Shown here piece after piece: positions 46,986 to 60,988 of a stretch of DNA of 64,000 nt (position 1 is the stretch's first letter; each line of letters begins with the position of its first letter). Both the position numbers and the translations under genes were made by a program. Origin of the DNA: Eledone cirrhosa (lineage: Eukaryota); assembly GCA_964016885.1 (NCBI GenBank), contig OZ024740.1, positions 68,634,001 through 68,698,000 of the forward strand, read 5' to 3'. The notes beneath the pieces were generated by a model. It was not told the origin of the DNA. It made no database searches and saw only the letters and a list, made by a program, of their open reading frames with translations.

Positions 46986-48279
46986 TTCCCTTGCTTTTAT
47001 CGAGAATCTAATTGTAATACGTGACGTATTCTATTCTATAGCGATTAGGTCATCAAAATGTTTATTATAAACATACAGAATATTTTCGAATATTCTATGT
47101 CTATACTCACATATATATCGCTATTTCAGAGCATTTATTCCAATTTCTAATTTCTGCCGGACCGGCAACCGCTCTTTCAAACCAGTTCCAGTACACAGCT
47201 AAGTATTCTATAAGTCTCTAGCTGTGTCATTCTCGATAAAAGCACTGGATATGTAGTCCTGATGAATTCTAACAAGAATGAAACGCGTAGATTACTTCCC
47301 TTGCTTTTATCGAGAATCTAATTGTAATACGTGACGTATTCTATTCTATAGCGATTAGGTCATCAAAATGTTTATTATAAACATACAGAATATTTTCGAA
47401 TATTCTATGTCTATACTCACATATATATCGCTATTTCAGAGCATTTATTCCAATTTCTAATTTCTGCCGGACCGGCAACCGCTCTTTCAAACCAGTTCCA
47501 GTACACAGCTAAGTATTCTATAAGTCTCTAGCTGTGTCATTCTCGATAAAAGCACTGGATATGTAGTCCTGATGAATTCTAACAAGAATGAAACGCGTAG
47601 ATTACTTCCCTTGCTTTTATCGAGAATCTAATTGTAATACGTGACGTATTCTATTCTATAGCGATTAGGTCATCAAAATGTTTATTATAAACATACAGAA
47701 TATTTTCGAATATTCTATGTCTATACTCACATATATATCGCTATTTCAGAGCAGAAAATATTTATTTGGAGAAATGTATATATTTGTCAAAGTTGCATAA
47801 ACACGTTCGTCTGAAAGAAATGTTACTTTATAAATAATTGATTCTACTTTTGGCACAAGGCCAGCAATTATCCCAGTACATTACTGGTACTTTATTTTAT
47901 TAACTCCGATAAAATAAACTACCAGTAATGCACTGAGATATAAATAATATTATGTCTACAGAAACTTATCAGAGTCGTCAAAGCGCCGGCTTATATGCTA
48001 CAGCATTTTTTCCATCGTTCTGCAATCTGAATTCGAATGCAGTGGCTAGGGATAGGGGAAATAGACAGGCGGGATGTTTTTCGATGCATGAACAGGTTTC
48101 TTGCGTTCTCAGTTCAGTTCCTGCCACACTCAGCAATGGGAAAACCAATGGAAATAAGACTGTCTTGGTCTGAGTGGACGATCTTCTACTGAACTTCTAA
48201 ATACAATTCGGAATATTCAGCATTATCTTAATTCAGTGTGCGTAGAACGCATCGCAATTGCATGTGTAGAATGTGAATG

Positions 48280-48720
48280 AAAAATGGTCGAATGTTTAAG
48301 ATGTTTGCTTCTCAATCATGAGATGCCTGGTTCCATCTCATTGCTTGGTATATTGGCCAAGTGTTATTTATCATAACCAATGTGGGTGGAATTAAATAAG
48401 GTGAGGATGTTTGAGTCTGCTCGGCTGCACTTTAATCCGAGGTGCTACTGGTCAGGCTGTATATCACTGAGAATAATACTCAGTTTCACCTGTCTGTGAA
48501 ATGATTCAGTCATTTATTAGATTTGCATCATAAGTTATTGTAGACGGAGGTCTGTGTCTTAATAGTTAAGATGTTAGGCACATCATCACCATGTCGTTAG
48601 TGTGATTTTCAGCCCGAATTATATATTGTGCCATTAAGCAAAACAATTTATTTAGCAAAGATTCAGTCCGCTCAGCTGAAAGTGAGTACCATTGACAACT
48701 GAAGCTTAAACCTGCAGGGA
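48280..48720 (+). mobile_element. Two decayed tRNA-head SINE-like copies
   Basis: A/B-box-like heads (..ttaagatgtttgcttctcaatcatgagatgcctggttccatctc..) followed by tggccaagtgtt or ttaagcaaaac-type cores. Confidence 0.4.
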
Positions 48721-50255
48721 TTGTGTATTAAACATCGCTTCACTTACAAAAGTACCAGCATGGATACAATGATATGATGCAAAATGTATGACTACAAGTT
48801 TGCGGCGAATTAACTGAGCCGTTGAAATATTGGCTAGCATAATTTGCAGTTTTCCTCACAGCTCTGCGCTCTAACTTCAACACTTACTGTGTCTCCTTTG
48901 CTTTTCATTGTTTTTAAGTTAATAAACACGAACAAGACCATTGCTGTTGTCAGTTTATCAACTATAACCTTTTCTCACTTCATCTGTAAACCTCTCACAC
49001 TCCTTATTTGTTACAAATCAGATGTTTCCTGACATGGAGAGTGATCGGGTCCACTGGGATTACGGCGCAACTATGATTCTATCAGAAGTTACGGATACAT
49101 GGATATGCATACATATACATACCTAGATACAAACATACATATATACATACATTCTAAAAATAGTGTATGTAATGCACACATGTACAGATATAAAGCACAT
49201 GCACATCCACACATATATCTCAAAACATCCACATCCACACGTACAATAATATTCATACGTTCCCACACATGTCCGCAGACAGGCATACATATCTAACTTG
49301 TTGATGGTGCATAAATTGCAATGAAACAGTCTTAGAAACCGACTTTCTCTCTCTATAGGTAAAAACACTATAAAACTATAAAACCAGAACATTCATAAAT
49401 ACATAGATGCCCACATCCAGATTGCATAGTACCTAATAGCTGCATCTTGGTTTTATATACATAAATATTTGCATACATCTCAGTTTCGGGAACTGCCTTC
49501 CCTTGAGCTCTTTCGCATATATGGATGGCATGATCAAAACATTTTAGTCCTGCCAGGACTTAGATTCCTTTCTTTATGTGCTGCACCGAAAAGAAAGGAA
49601 AACGACATGTTGACACAACACACGTTAGAGACATTTAGATCAGCGATGTGCAACATATTCCATTGTCGGGCCACTTTTGAACATTGGAACAACTATTAAG
49701 GCCATTTATATTTATTAAGTACTATTCCAAAGATTCACAACTTTTTTCCGTAGCATGTAACTGGAAAATTATAACACATAACCATATCAGTGATGCCCTT
49801 CAGTATATGTCAACTAGCAGACAATTGTATTACAGTTATGAACAAAATTGTAAATAAGCCTACAAGGTAAACATTAAAAACGGTCATCGCGGTCCACTCT
49901 GACTGTTCTGGCAAGCCGGATTGTAGCCTGCCGGTCGTCTGTTGCACGCCTCTGATTTAGATCATGTGATGCCTGTGCTTCAAGCTGTTTTGAATTGAAG
50001 AATGGCTTTTTACTGGCAATCCCACTCTCTGAACAACAGTGACAGGTAAAAAGAAGAGCAGGTTAACATCATTGGCTTCCATAGAGTCGCAAGACTTTAC
50101 ATAAGCGTTTTCCGTCTCCCTCCCAGAATGATATCCTAATAAGAACTGGGTTCTTTCACTCCCGTTTGTATAGCCACTTACTCAGGCACCAAACCGAATA
50201 TTTATGCGTCTTAACCTCACATGCACACACACACACACATGCATATATATACATA

Positions 50256-50800
<545 letters not shown>

Positions 50801-51547
50801 TTAATATTTTGTTAAGGCAACGCTTGTAATAACTCTAGTTAAACATGATATGTATTAATAATAAATTATCGTTGTAATGTAATTAGATTATATAATTGTT
50901 ATTTTATAAATGATCTTATAAATATTATTGTAAGATGTATAAAAATATTTTCAGACTTTTAATATAAACAACTACAAAAAACAATCAATATTAAATAAAT
51001 ATATTTTTCATAATATTTGTTATAGTTGAATTAATAAAAATTAAATATTACATACAAATAGTTTAACATAATAATAAAACAAATAATCTAACATAATAAT
51101 AATAAATAATCTAACATAACACGAACAATAATATGGACAAATATACAAGTAAATGTGATACAACCAATATTATAAGCATGTTATAACGAACTGAAAAGAA
51201 TTAGTTAATATAAATTCAAAAAATCATATATAAATTAACAATATAACTTACCAAAACGAGAAAAATATTTTAATGATAAACGACAAAATACAGGAGGAAG
51301 ATTCGAAAGCGAAAAGATAAATAAACGTGCAAAGAAAATGGCGGAGGCTTTTGAGCAACAATTACTCTCGTTGATTGATTAGTCAATAAGACGATGACAT
51401 TATCCAATAAGACGATACACTAGAAAACATGTTTGGCAGCGATCACCACGGCCAGTGACACCCCTTGAATGTTTTATTCACAAGCTAGGCATATATGTCA
51501 GACACGCAGACTTAAAACATTCTGTTGTTAGTCACTGCGTGTCTAAC

Positions 51548-51624
<77 letters not shown>

Positions 51625-51711
51625 GGAGGTGAGTTTTATTGTAGTACAATAGAGCAATGCAGATATCGGATAATAAGCACTCTACAGTTTGTAGGACTGG
51701 AGTATACATAA

Positions 51712-51970
51712 TATATAAGTACAAAAGATGGTTAAAAGAGTTCCATGTATTTTATTATGCGCATTTCAAAAACAAATATCATCATGCAATAATATTTGTG
51801 TTTTCATCAGATAAGTTGATTTAAATCTGAACTATCCACAAGTGCTTTTTAACCTTCATATCATGTCTTCATGTTTTATCTGATGAAAACACAAATATTA
51901 TTGCATGATGATATTTGTTTTTGAAAAGCCCATAATAAAATACATGGAACTCTTTTAACCATCTTTTGTA

Positions 51971-51977
<7 letters not shown>
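51712..51977. mobile_element. Fold-back built from the 3' terminus of the Naiad-like family at 14568; HHRs at 51748-51814 (-) and 51874-51945 (+)
   Basis: caaaagatggttaaaagagttccatgtattttattatgcgcatttc is identical to ~14575-14619. The core here is CTGATGA; the plus copy has a mutated stem III. Confidence 0.85.
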
Positions 51978-52047
<70 letters not shown>

Positions 52048-52496
52048 GTACATACATACATACATACATATACATACATACATAGATACAATTACTATGT
52101 GATTTATTAAAAAATGCTGGATTGTTATTGTGTAACGTAACTGGTCTGTGGGTCATATTATATTATTACTTCATCTGTAGAATATATGAAATGCGGAAAT
52201 AGTAGGTGGTATGCTTTGTAGATGGGTTTGTTATCGTATTGATTGTCGATTACGTAAAATCATGTGTTATGTTATTTTATTGTGTGTTGAGTATATGGTA
52301 TATGTTTGGTGTCGCTTGTGTTTCATTATTATTTGGTGATTATGTAAATCATGTGTTGTGTGAATCGTGCTGAAAGTATAACGTGTACATTATACTATTG
52401 AAATGAAGTCGTTTTGCATATGATGTGGGGGTGTAGCTAACCGAGCGATTTATCGCATTGTGCATACATTTGCGAGAGCTGGAACATCTTAGTTAT

Positions 52497-52497
52497 T

Positions 52498-52532
<35 letters not shown>

Positions 52533-52660
52533 TGTAGTAGTAGCAGCAGTAGTAGTAGTAGTATTATCATTATTATTATTATTATTATTAGTAGTAGTAG
52601 TAGTAGTAGTAGTAGCAGTAGTAGTAGTATTTGCTGTTTTTGTAGTAGTAGTGGTAGTCA
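52497..52660. repeat. (TAG)n/(ATT)n microsatellite
   Basis: Direct observation. Confidence 0.95.
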
Positions 52661-53299
52661 TGATGACATGGCGATTTGTATAGCATCGAACAAAATGCTT
52701 TACGATAATAATTTCATTTTCCCCCTCCCATATTCTCTAAAATCCAAATATCACAGGATTCGACTTTCATCAAATAAAGTGTTTAGTTGAGTTGGATTGG
52801 GAATCGATTTAATCGATTCTAATACTTCTTTTTTCTAATACCTGCCGGTGTGCTAATGCAAGCAATCAGTATTATGGCATTATGATTGGCGATAAAATGG
52901 CAGAATACGCTGTAGCCCAGTGCGGTCTAAGCTCAAATCCTACAAACGCAACTTTGGGTTTCATCAATTTGTGCTTCGTGGATATAGTATCAAGTCGGGG
53001 AGGTGGGTTAGCGGATTTTATAGAGTGCTGTACCAAGTGACGTACCTTATTTGTTCTAGTAATATTTGTTCACATGTAACCTACGTTTCGATCATGGGAA
53101 TAAACTCCTCACTTACCAACGTGGGGATGACTTGTCTAATTTGTAATTGGTCTGCGTAGATAGATAGGGCTACATGTATCATGTTATGGTTCCGTCATAG
53201 ATGACTAAATGAAAGTTAATTAAAAGGAAATAAAGTTATTATGTTTATTATTAATATTAAAGTGACTGAGTGCAATGGAAAGTCAGAAGTGTTACAAAG

Positions 53300-54015
53300 T
53301 GAGCCAAAATGCTTCAGATTTTGAAACAAGGGGAGTTGATCAAGCCTCTCACAGCGCTGTTCACGAGTCATAGAAGGCAGGAAGCTGAAATAACTGCAAG
53401 AATTGAAGGAGTAGGTGCAATAATACTCCAAGGTCAGCATTCGGTTATCCGAAGAAGGGAGATAGATACACAAACCAAACTCGCTATCTTCAAATCAGTA
53501 TTACTGCCAGCCCTTACTTATGGTCACTGATCTGTCTTCGGTAATTACCGAAGGCATACAATCGCAAATACAAGACACTTATAGGGGTTTCTTCAATGGA
53601 TATTTGGAGGAACGTATCTCAATAATTCATCTCTCGGAGATCAGAGATTTGCTCTAGATAGAGACGTTGCTTCTCCGAATTGAGAGATCACAACTATGGT
53701 ATTATGGACATGTGGTATGAATGTCTCAATACAGAATCGCTGGACAGATTGTACGAGCAAAACCAGCTGGCAGTAGAAAAAGGATTAGACCCTGAGTAAC
53801 ATGGTTGGATAAAATCCATGAGCTCGGCTGTCCTCACTTGGAGATTAGATCCTGCCAGATCAAATGCAAATAGTTTAATCTGACAGTGCACGCTGGAAGG
53901 TGTGCTTCAAGATTCCACCACGACGACCCCCAGGAATATAAGAGCAACGAAGAAGAAGAAGAAGAAGAAGAAGAAGAAGAAGAAGAAGAAGAAGAAGAAG
54001 AAGAAGAAGAAGAAG
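53300..54015 (+). mobile_element. RTE-clade (Rex3/Expander-like) LINE 3' fragment with (AAG)n tail
   Basis: EITARIEGVGAII..RREIDTQTKLAIFKSVLLPALTYGH and a downstream LLRIERSQLWYYGHV, followed by an (aag)n tail at ~53950-54015. Confidence 0.8.
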
Positions 54016-54996
54016 ACGACGACAGCTGTATGTAGATATATGTTAATATTCAGAAAGGTGCTGCTTGAAAATGAAATATTCGCATCTCAATTACATTCCT
54101 TGCGACAGGCCTCCACACCATTTCCGCAAAGGTAATTTCAATCATTAAAATGGATTAAGTTGATCAGATGTTTATTACATTTGCCCATTGTGTAGCCTAT
54201 TGGCATTCAAGAGGGATCATTTTGTTTCTGAAGAAGGGTTTTAAACCAGCATTTAAATAAAGAAGTATTATTGTACTGGTGACGTTCATTGCACTATCTA
54301 CCTATCAAATTCTCGTATGCTTTTTTTCTCTAAAATAACTTGGTCGTGTTCAAACATAGTAAGGGGTGGGGTCGAAATACCAAAACCATGCCCTAAGAAT
54401 CTATCAGCTATTCAAAGTATATGACCATGGCTTTGTTATTGCACCCAGCGTTATAACAATTCCTGCTCACTTTCGAAACAATATTAGTAATATTTGTATG
54501 ATTGACAACTTTTAGTAATACATATATCTATAATGTAAACATCAAATTAAAATTGATTTCAATATTCTGTATGATGCAGCGATAGTGTCATTCTCTTCTA
54601 ATCTTACGAACCGTTATGGCTAATGTATTTCCTTGTCTGTATTTTACTGGTTTTATTTCAATTGATGACTTTAGATATTTGCATTGGCTATCTTTTATCT
54701 TCTGCTACAAATGCAGCATGTAATATAAAATATCGATTTCTTACATTATTTAGGTATTGATTCCTTACACTTGAAAATATAATATCAAGAGTGGTTATGT
54801 GTTTATATCTAGAAGAGCTCCTACTTAATAACATTGACAATACATTACATCATGCTCGTTAACCCATTTGCCAACAACAGTTTGAACCTGTTATCTATAT
54901 GCCAGTGAATATCTGTGACTTTTGTTCCTTAATTTCATTAGTTATCACTGCAAGGTGTAGGTGTTGTGAGTAAAAATCGAAGCAGCATACAATTAC

Positions 54997-55118
<122 letters not shown>

Positions 55119-55130
55119 TGTGTGTGTGTG

Positions 55131-55230
<100 letters not shown>

Positions 55231-57238
55231 CTATTATAATATTAAACCATTTATTTTAATCATTTTTTTTTTGTCACACGTACATATTGTTCTGATTGGA
55301 ACTGGGTTCTTTGTTGCTTCACAAAACGTATGAGATTGATATTGTATTGCCATGTATTTTCCTCTCACATCGTATTTAAGGTATCAGATAGAAGCTAAAT
55401 GGAAGTGGAACGTTTATGCTTGTCTCATGGTCCATAGCTTTGTGAGAAGATAGAAGCAATTCAGTGAGACTTGAGATGTTAAAAAGTGCTGATGTATTTC
55501 GGAGATGTTGAAATGTATTGAATTACACACACCTGGTAAATATATTCACTTTAATACTGGAGTTCAAATAATCGTAGTCCTACATTTTACAATGTACGAG
55601 GTAACAATAGATTTAGGACTTGGAAACATACGAGTACTATTTTTTAATAGGCCAGAATGTATATACTGGCGTGTGATTGCTGAGAAGATACTTACTTCAG
55701 ATTGTGAGCAGGAGTTGTAGCAAAATGCTCTCAAAACATCTCAAAACATCTGGAGAATAGTCGTTATTTTCCGTTCATAATTTTTGGCAACGCCAAATTA
55801 AGCTCATTGCTCAAAGAATTAATCAGCCGCCCTGTGGGGAGGGGGTAGAAACCAAGACCGTAAATTTGTGAACCGAATACCCTAAGCACATAGTCATGCA
55901 TATTAAAATATGTTTTTCAGTGGATTGTTAGAATTGCGGCTAAGTTAAATCAATTAATTTGCGATAGTCATTTACAATGTTTTATGATCTCAATTTATAT
56001 CCCACCAATGTCAAATCTACACGTCGTTATATTGCGTTCAATAGAATAATGTACCAGTCATATAAACCGTTCAAATTCAATCTGTTCAATCTAAATTTCT
56101 CCACGTATCAACCATAAATTTACAGATATCAGTCTGTCTTGTTTTCTTCGTCTAACTCAACCGTGCTCCATGATGTTCATTACTCTGTCCATTTGTTATA
56201 ATGTATTAATATTCTGCGATTCTGAAATAGTCGCATGTCATTATTAGGGTCCGTAATATTTCCATTAATGAAGATAACATGCTCCAACTGCAAGTAGCTT
56301 CAGAATGAGAATTGAGGCAGCTTTAAAATGTTAACGCAAACCACATAGCTTTGCTACAATAATGCCTTCTAATTTAGCCACAAGGCGATCAATTTGCGGA
56401 AGAGAGAAGAGTCGATGAACTGGTTCTATATTTTATCGAGCCAAAAGAATGAGTAGCAAAGTTGATTTTGGTGGGATCCACAGAACGCAAAGAATCGAAA
56501 CAAAATCGAAAAGCAAACTACATTAAGTGAGAACCTTCTGAGTGAATTATGCTGTGATTCTGAGGACTGCTTTGTATCATATTCGTACCTATTTTCATTT
56601 GGTTAACTAACACACAACATTTAAGATGATATAAGACATCAGATCATTTTCGTTGTTTGATCATTTAAACTGTTTAGTGGAGAATGTTCAAATGAACCTT
56701 GTAGGCCTTCTGATATCGGTGAGATCGAGTGTAATAAACATTCATGTCGAACAGTCCTAAATCGACAGCTGCAGATAAAATACGTGTAAGGAGGAAATAG
56801 CAAAGAGCCTTATGTGAGAGATAGGTATGACATGGGTCACTGCAAGGGTCTGAGTCAAACAGATTCTGTGTGAAGGGAAGGCGAGAATGCTCTTTGGGTG
56901 ACTGATAGAAGGTGGCAATAGAAGAAATAACATTGAGGACCAGTCACCGGATTAATATCAGTAGACCATTTCCGCTAGACTCTGGAAATGGAAGAGCATT
57001 ATTTTTTATTCGTAATATGTCAAAAGCACAGCTGTGAGGCTGTAATAATAACGATAAATATAAAGAGTCAAATGATCCAATAACCTTAACACAAAATGAG
57101 TATGTATAGAATGAATATTTGCTGTTGCATGTAAATTATACTATGTTTTGTGGACTCTGGATTGGCTGTGACGTGAAGAAGATTGCATCACAGTTATGAG
57201 TTCTCGCCTTCCATGCAACGACGTGACATCATGGGAGA

Positions 57239-57269
<31 letters not shown>

Positions 57270-59349
57270 TTGAGGGGCGTGTATATGTATATATATTTAT
57301 TTATATGTATACAAACATATACACACATACATATAAATATACATATATATATGAACAATTGGCGATCCCGACGGCTGAGCACCAGCCGTTTCAACAGCTA
57401 GATCCAAACTGATCGGATCCAGCCTTTGAATCGTCAGGAACTCAGCCATCGGGTCCCGAACTTTTCATATTACTCACTCTACTACCCCAAGCATCGACTA
57501 CGGTGGTGAGTAATGCTCTAACTGTTTTTTACTGCATCGATTCTGATATATACACGTATATGTGTGTATATATGTGTGTGTGTGTATGTGTGTGCTTATA
57601 CACATACACATGCTCTTATTGAAACCTATTTGACTGAAATTCTCCGAAACACATATATTCAAATTTCTAAACACGAGACGTATATATGATTACAAAACTT
57701 TTTTATTCTATGAACTGGCAACGTCAATGTTTTAATATCAAGAAAAGCCTTATACAGCCAAGATATTCTACTTTAAAATAAAATAGAAAGAATAAAAGAA
57801 TCGATTATTGCAAGAGTAATTCTCCATGTTTATATAACCTAAACCTGCAATAAACTTTCCTATACGGACATAGAAACCAATAGATAATTCTACATTATTT
57901 TATTATTTAGCTATATATATATTCATTTAATTATTTATTTATTGTTTCTCAGATATTATTGAGTACGATTTGAAATTCGAAGATTTCAGAAACAGTAAAT
58001 TGGCACAGTTTGGACAAGCTGGCATTCGTTCAAAATATTTAATGAAATAAAATGCATATACTTTTTTCACTATAAACAAATTGCTTTGCTTCACATCTGC
58101 TTTGTTTTCATATTTTCACATTTTTCTTTAGTTTATTTACGTTAATATCGATCGATTGGATTCATCCAACTGAGGAATATTGCCGAGATATTAGCTGAAT
58201 TTCCTTATATTTGTGCTTCTCACCCAGTGCAGGCTATGGTATAGCTGTGTGTATGAATTGAGTCGGAGCATTTTATTCTTGAGTAAGAGACTATATTTCA
58301 CTTTGCTTTAATCCACATAGATTGGAAAATATAAGCTGCACATGTGGTTCAAATGGCCATGTCGCACACTGGACAAACATGAAACCTCTTAAAGAAATAA
58401 AGTAATGGTACGTGCCTCTGTTGAATGTTCAGCCACTTGCAACTTCATTTCATAGGCTGGCATTTCCGTTGCTTAAGCAACTGTAGTTTTGTTTCAATTG
58501 TAAGTGATACATGGACATAAGAATAATGTGAAAATATAAATGTAATATTGTGTATAAATAAAGGAGCCGAACCACTATGTATTCACGTGTGTTTCTGTTG
58601 CTGATACAATCATTATATTGCAACTCACAACAGAAGCCTCACTGCTTTTCCAGTGACACGATTTCAAATCAGAAGTAACATAAAGCATAACAACCGGTTC
58701 TTTAAATATTTCTGGACTTGGTGGAAGACGAAGCTACTCCTGGTGGAAGTTGAATCCGGATCGGAAAAAGCCGGAGCAAATTCCGAAACATTTAATCTGA
58801 CGCTCCAATGACTCTCAATTCGCAGTCTATGGTTTCGTTCTGTCATGTTTAACCTGATACACGAAGATCACATCAACAGTTCAATGGATGTAGTAATATT
58901 TTAATCTTAATATTTTAATCATAATATTTTAATTTTTCTTGAAGCACATTGGCAAACCTTCTAGATATAGCAGACAAAAAGGTATTTAAATTATAAATTT
59001 GCAGCTTAAAGTTTTGTAAAATGCCTTGAGTAACACAATCCTGCAGTACACAACGTTTGAACTACATACAAACTGGAGATGGTGAGAAAACTATACGCTA
59101 TACCTCATTGTCTTTAAGGCTACTCTGGAGCTAAGAGCTAAGCAACAACATTTTAAAATAGATTAGTGTGTACTTATGAATTGTGTGCTATAAGCCATGC
59201 ACATGATACTGTGGTTAAAACATTTACTTTGAAATGGCAAATTTCAGTTTCTATACAAGCTCGCGCCTTCGTGGGTAAGTGTCTTCAACCAATTTCGCAA
59301 TCTGGGAAGTAAATCACACACACACACGCATACATGTACACACACACAC

Positions 59350-59399
<50 letters not shown>

Positions 59400-59436
59400 A
59401 TAGTATATTATATTATATTATATTATATTAAGTATA

Positions 59437-59537
59437 CAGGTAAAATTCCGTTATAACGAATACCATTATAAGAAATAGTTCAGTATGTAACAATTTATTT
59501 TATACCCCGTGAATTTCGTTATAACGGAATTTCATTG
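59437..59537. mobile_element. ~100-bp Tc1/mariner(pogo)-type MITE
   Basis: TA-caggtaaaattccgttataacgaa ... ttcgttataacggaatttcattg-TA: terminal inverted repeats with TA flanks. Confidence 0.65.
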
Positions 59538-60337
59538 TATATATATATATATATAGTAGTTCTTTGTAAATTCGTAGAACTATTATATTTCTCATGTAAC
59601 TCTAATAAAATTATTTAGAGAACGAAAAACTCAGCCACTTGATAAACCGATCCATTAAATAAGTAATAGAGTAAGTACAGCAGCCGAGATGATTGACTAG
59701 AAGATTGAAAACGGTGCCTCAGAAAGATCGAGGTCCAAGGATGTGAAGCCAGTCAAAGAATAAAAGAATAAAACAATAATATAGAACACCTTCAATGTTA
59801 AATTACTTTCCCACATGCAACACATATTTCATTTATTTCCATTACTCTACATCACTACACAAAAATCTTAATATACTCCATTGCACACACAATAAGAAAT
59901 CGGCTCCACCTCAAAGCTGTCAGAAAGCAATAATCGATATGTACCTATTGAATAAGCCTCAGAAAAACGGGATATATATGTCATAATAGTATTATGTTAT
60001 ATGAGATAGTATCGTGTTAATCACTTTGACAAAATCAGATTACTTTTTTCGTTAGTCATATAGCCAGATTTCAATGTACTTTAAACGACATTACCGGGAA
60101 GGTTTCATACAATAAGAGAGCAAAACCTTTAATTCCATTCATATGAGTGTGTTTACATATATATACGCCTCTCTCTCTCTCTCTCAATCACCCACTATCT
60201 CTCTCCCCCCATATATATCTCTCTCTCTTTCTCTCGCTATATATATATATATATATATATATACATTATGAAGAGAGAAGAAACATTTAGATATAATTAG
60301 TAATAAAATGTATCATACCTAAACTGCTCCTAGATTC

Positions 60338-60390
<53 letters not shown>

Positions 60391-60955
60391 TTGGAGTTCG
60401 TTTAAATGTATCGCTTCTACAATCTGTCAGAGAATTGCGTATTTTCTGTGTATGGATATGAATCATAATTAAAGAGAAAAATTGTACAAGTACGTAATGG
60501 TTATGCACTTGTAATGGTGTTCCTGTCCAATTTATATGTCTCTAAAGGCACTTTACGCATTTTTCTTAGCTATTATCTACCGTGATCGACTGATATTGCA
60601 GGTATTCTTCAGACCTTAGCACACTCACTTATAGATATATATATATAATTATTGTGCTATCGAACAGAAAAATAATTATTAGCGTACTCTAAACGAAGAA
60701 CAGATCTGAAATATTATGGTTGTCTTCAACACGGGAATGTTGCTACCACCCGTACAGCTACATGGATCGATATAGTTCAGGCAGCTGTAAACAAAGATGG
60801 CCGCCGCTATTAACGTGAGATCACTTTAGGGATAAACTTATGTTTTAATTAATTTATTTTTGTTTTCCTAATGTAGTGAGGGGGGTAACTATTTTTAATA
60901 ATATAGTTAACCATAATATATATATATATACTACTACTACTACTACTACTACTAC

Positions 60956-60988
<33 letters not shown>

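Larger units (their letters stand above)
45994..47751. mobile_element. Retrozyme-like insertion: head-to-head inverted array of 310-bp hammerhead-containing units with a 12-bp TSD
   Basis: Period is 310 bp (ctatttcaga at 46811, 47121, 47431, 47741). The minus arm 45994-46813 has ~2.6 units and the plus arm 46810-47753 has ~3.05 units, joined by gcta microhomology. cagaaaatattt is duplicated at 45982-45993 and 47752-47763. Confidence 0.9.

Noticed and set aside
45994-47751. CRISPR array or simple satellite
   Set aside because: There are no unique spacers or cas genes and the context is eukaryotic. The TSD, inversion and HHR indicate a retro-insertion.
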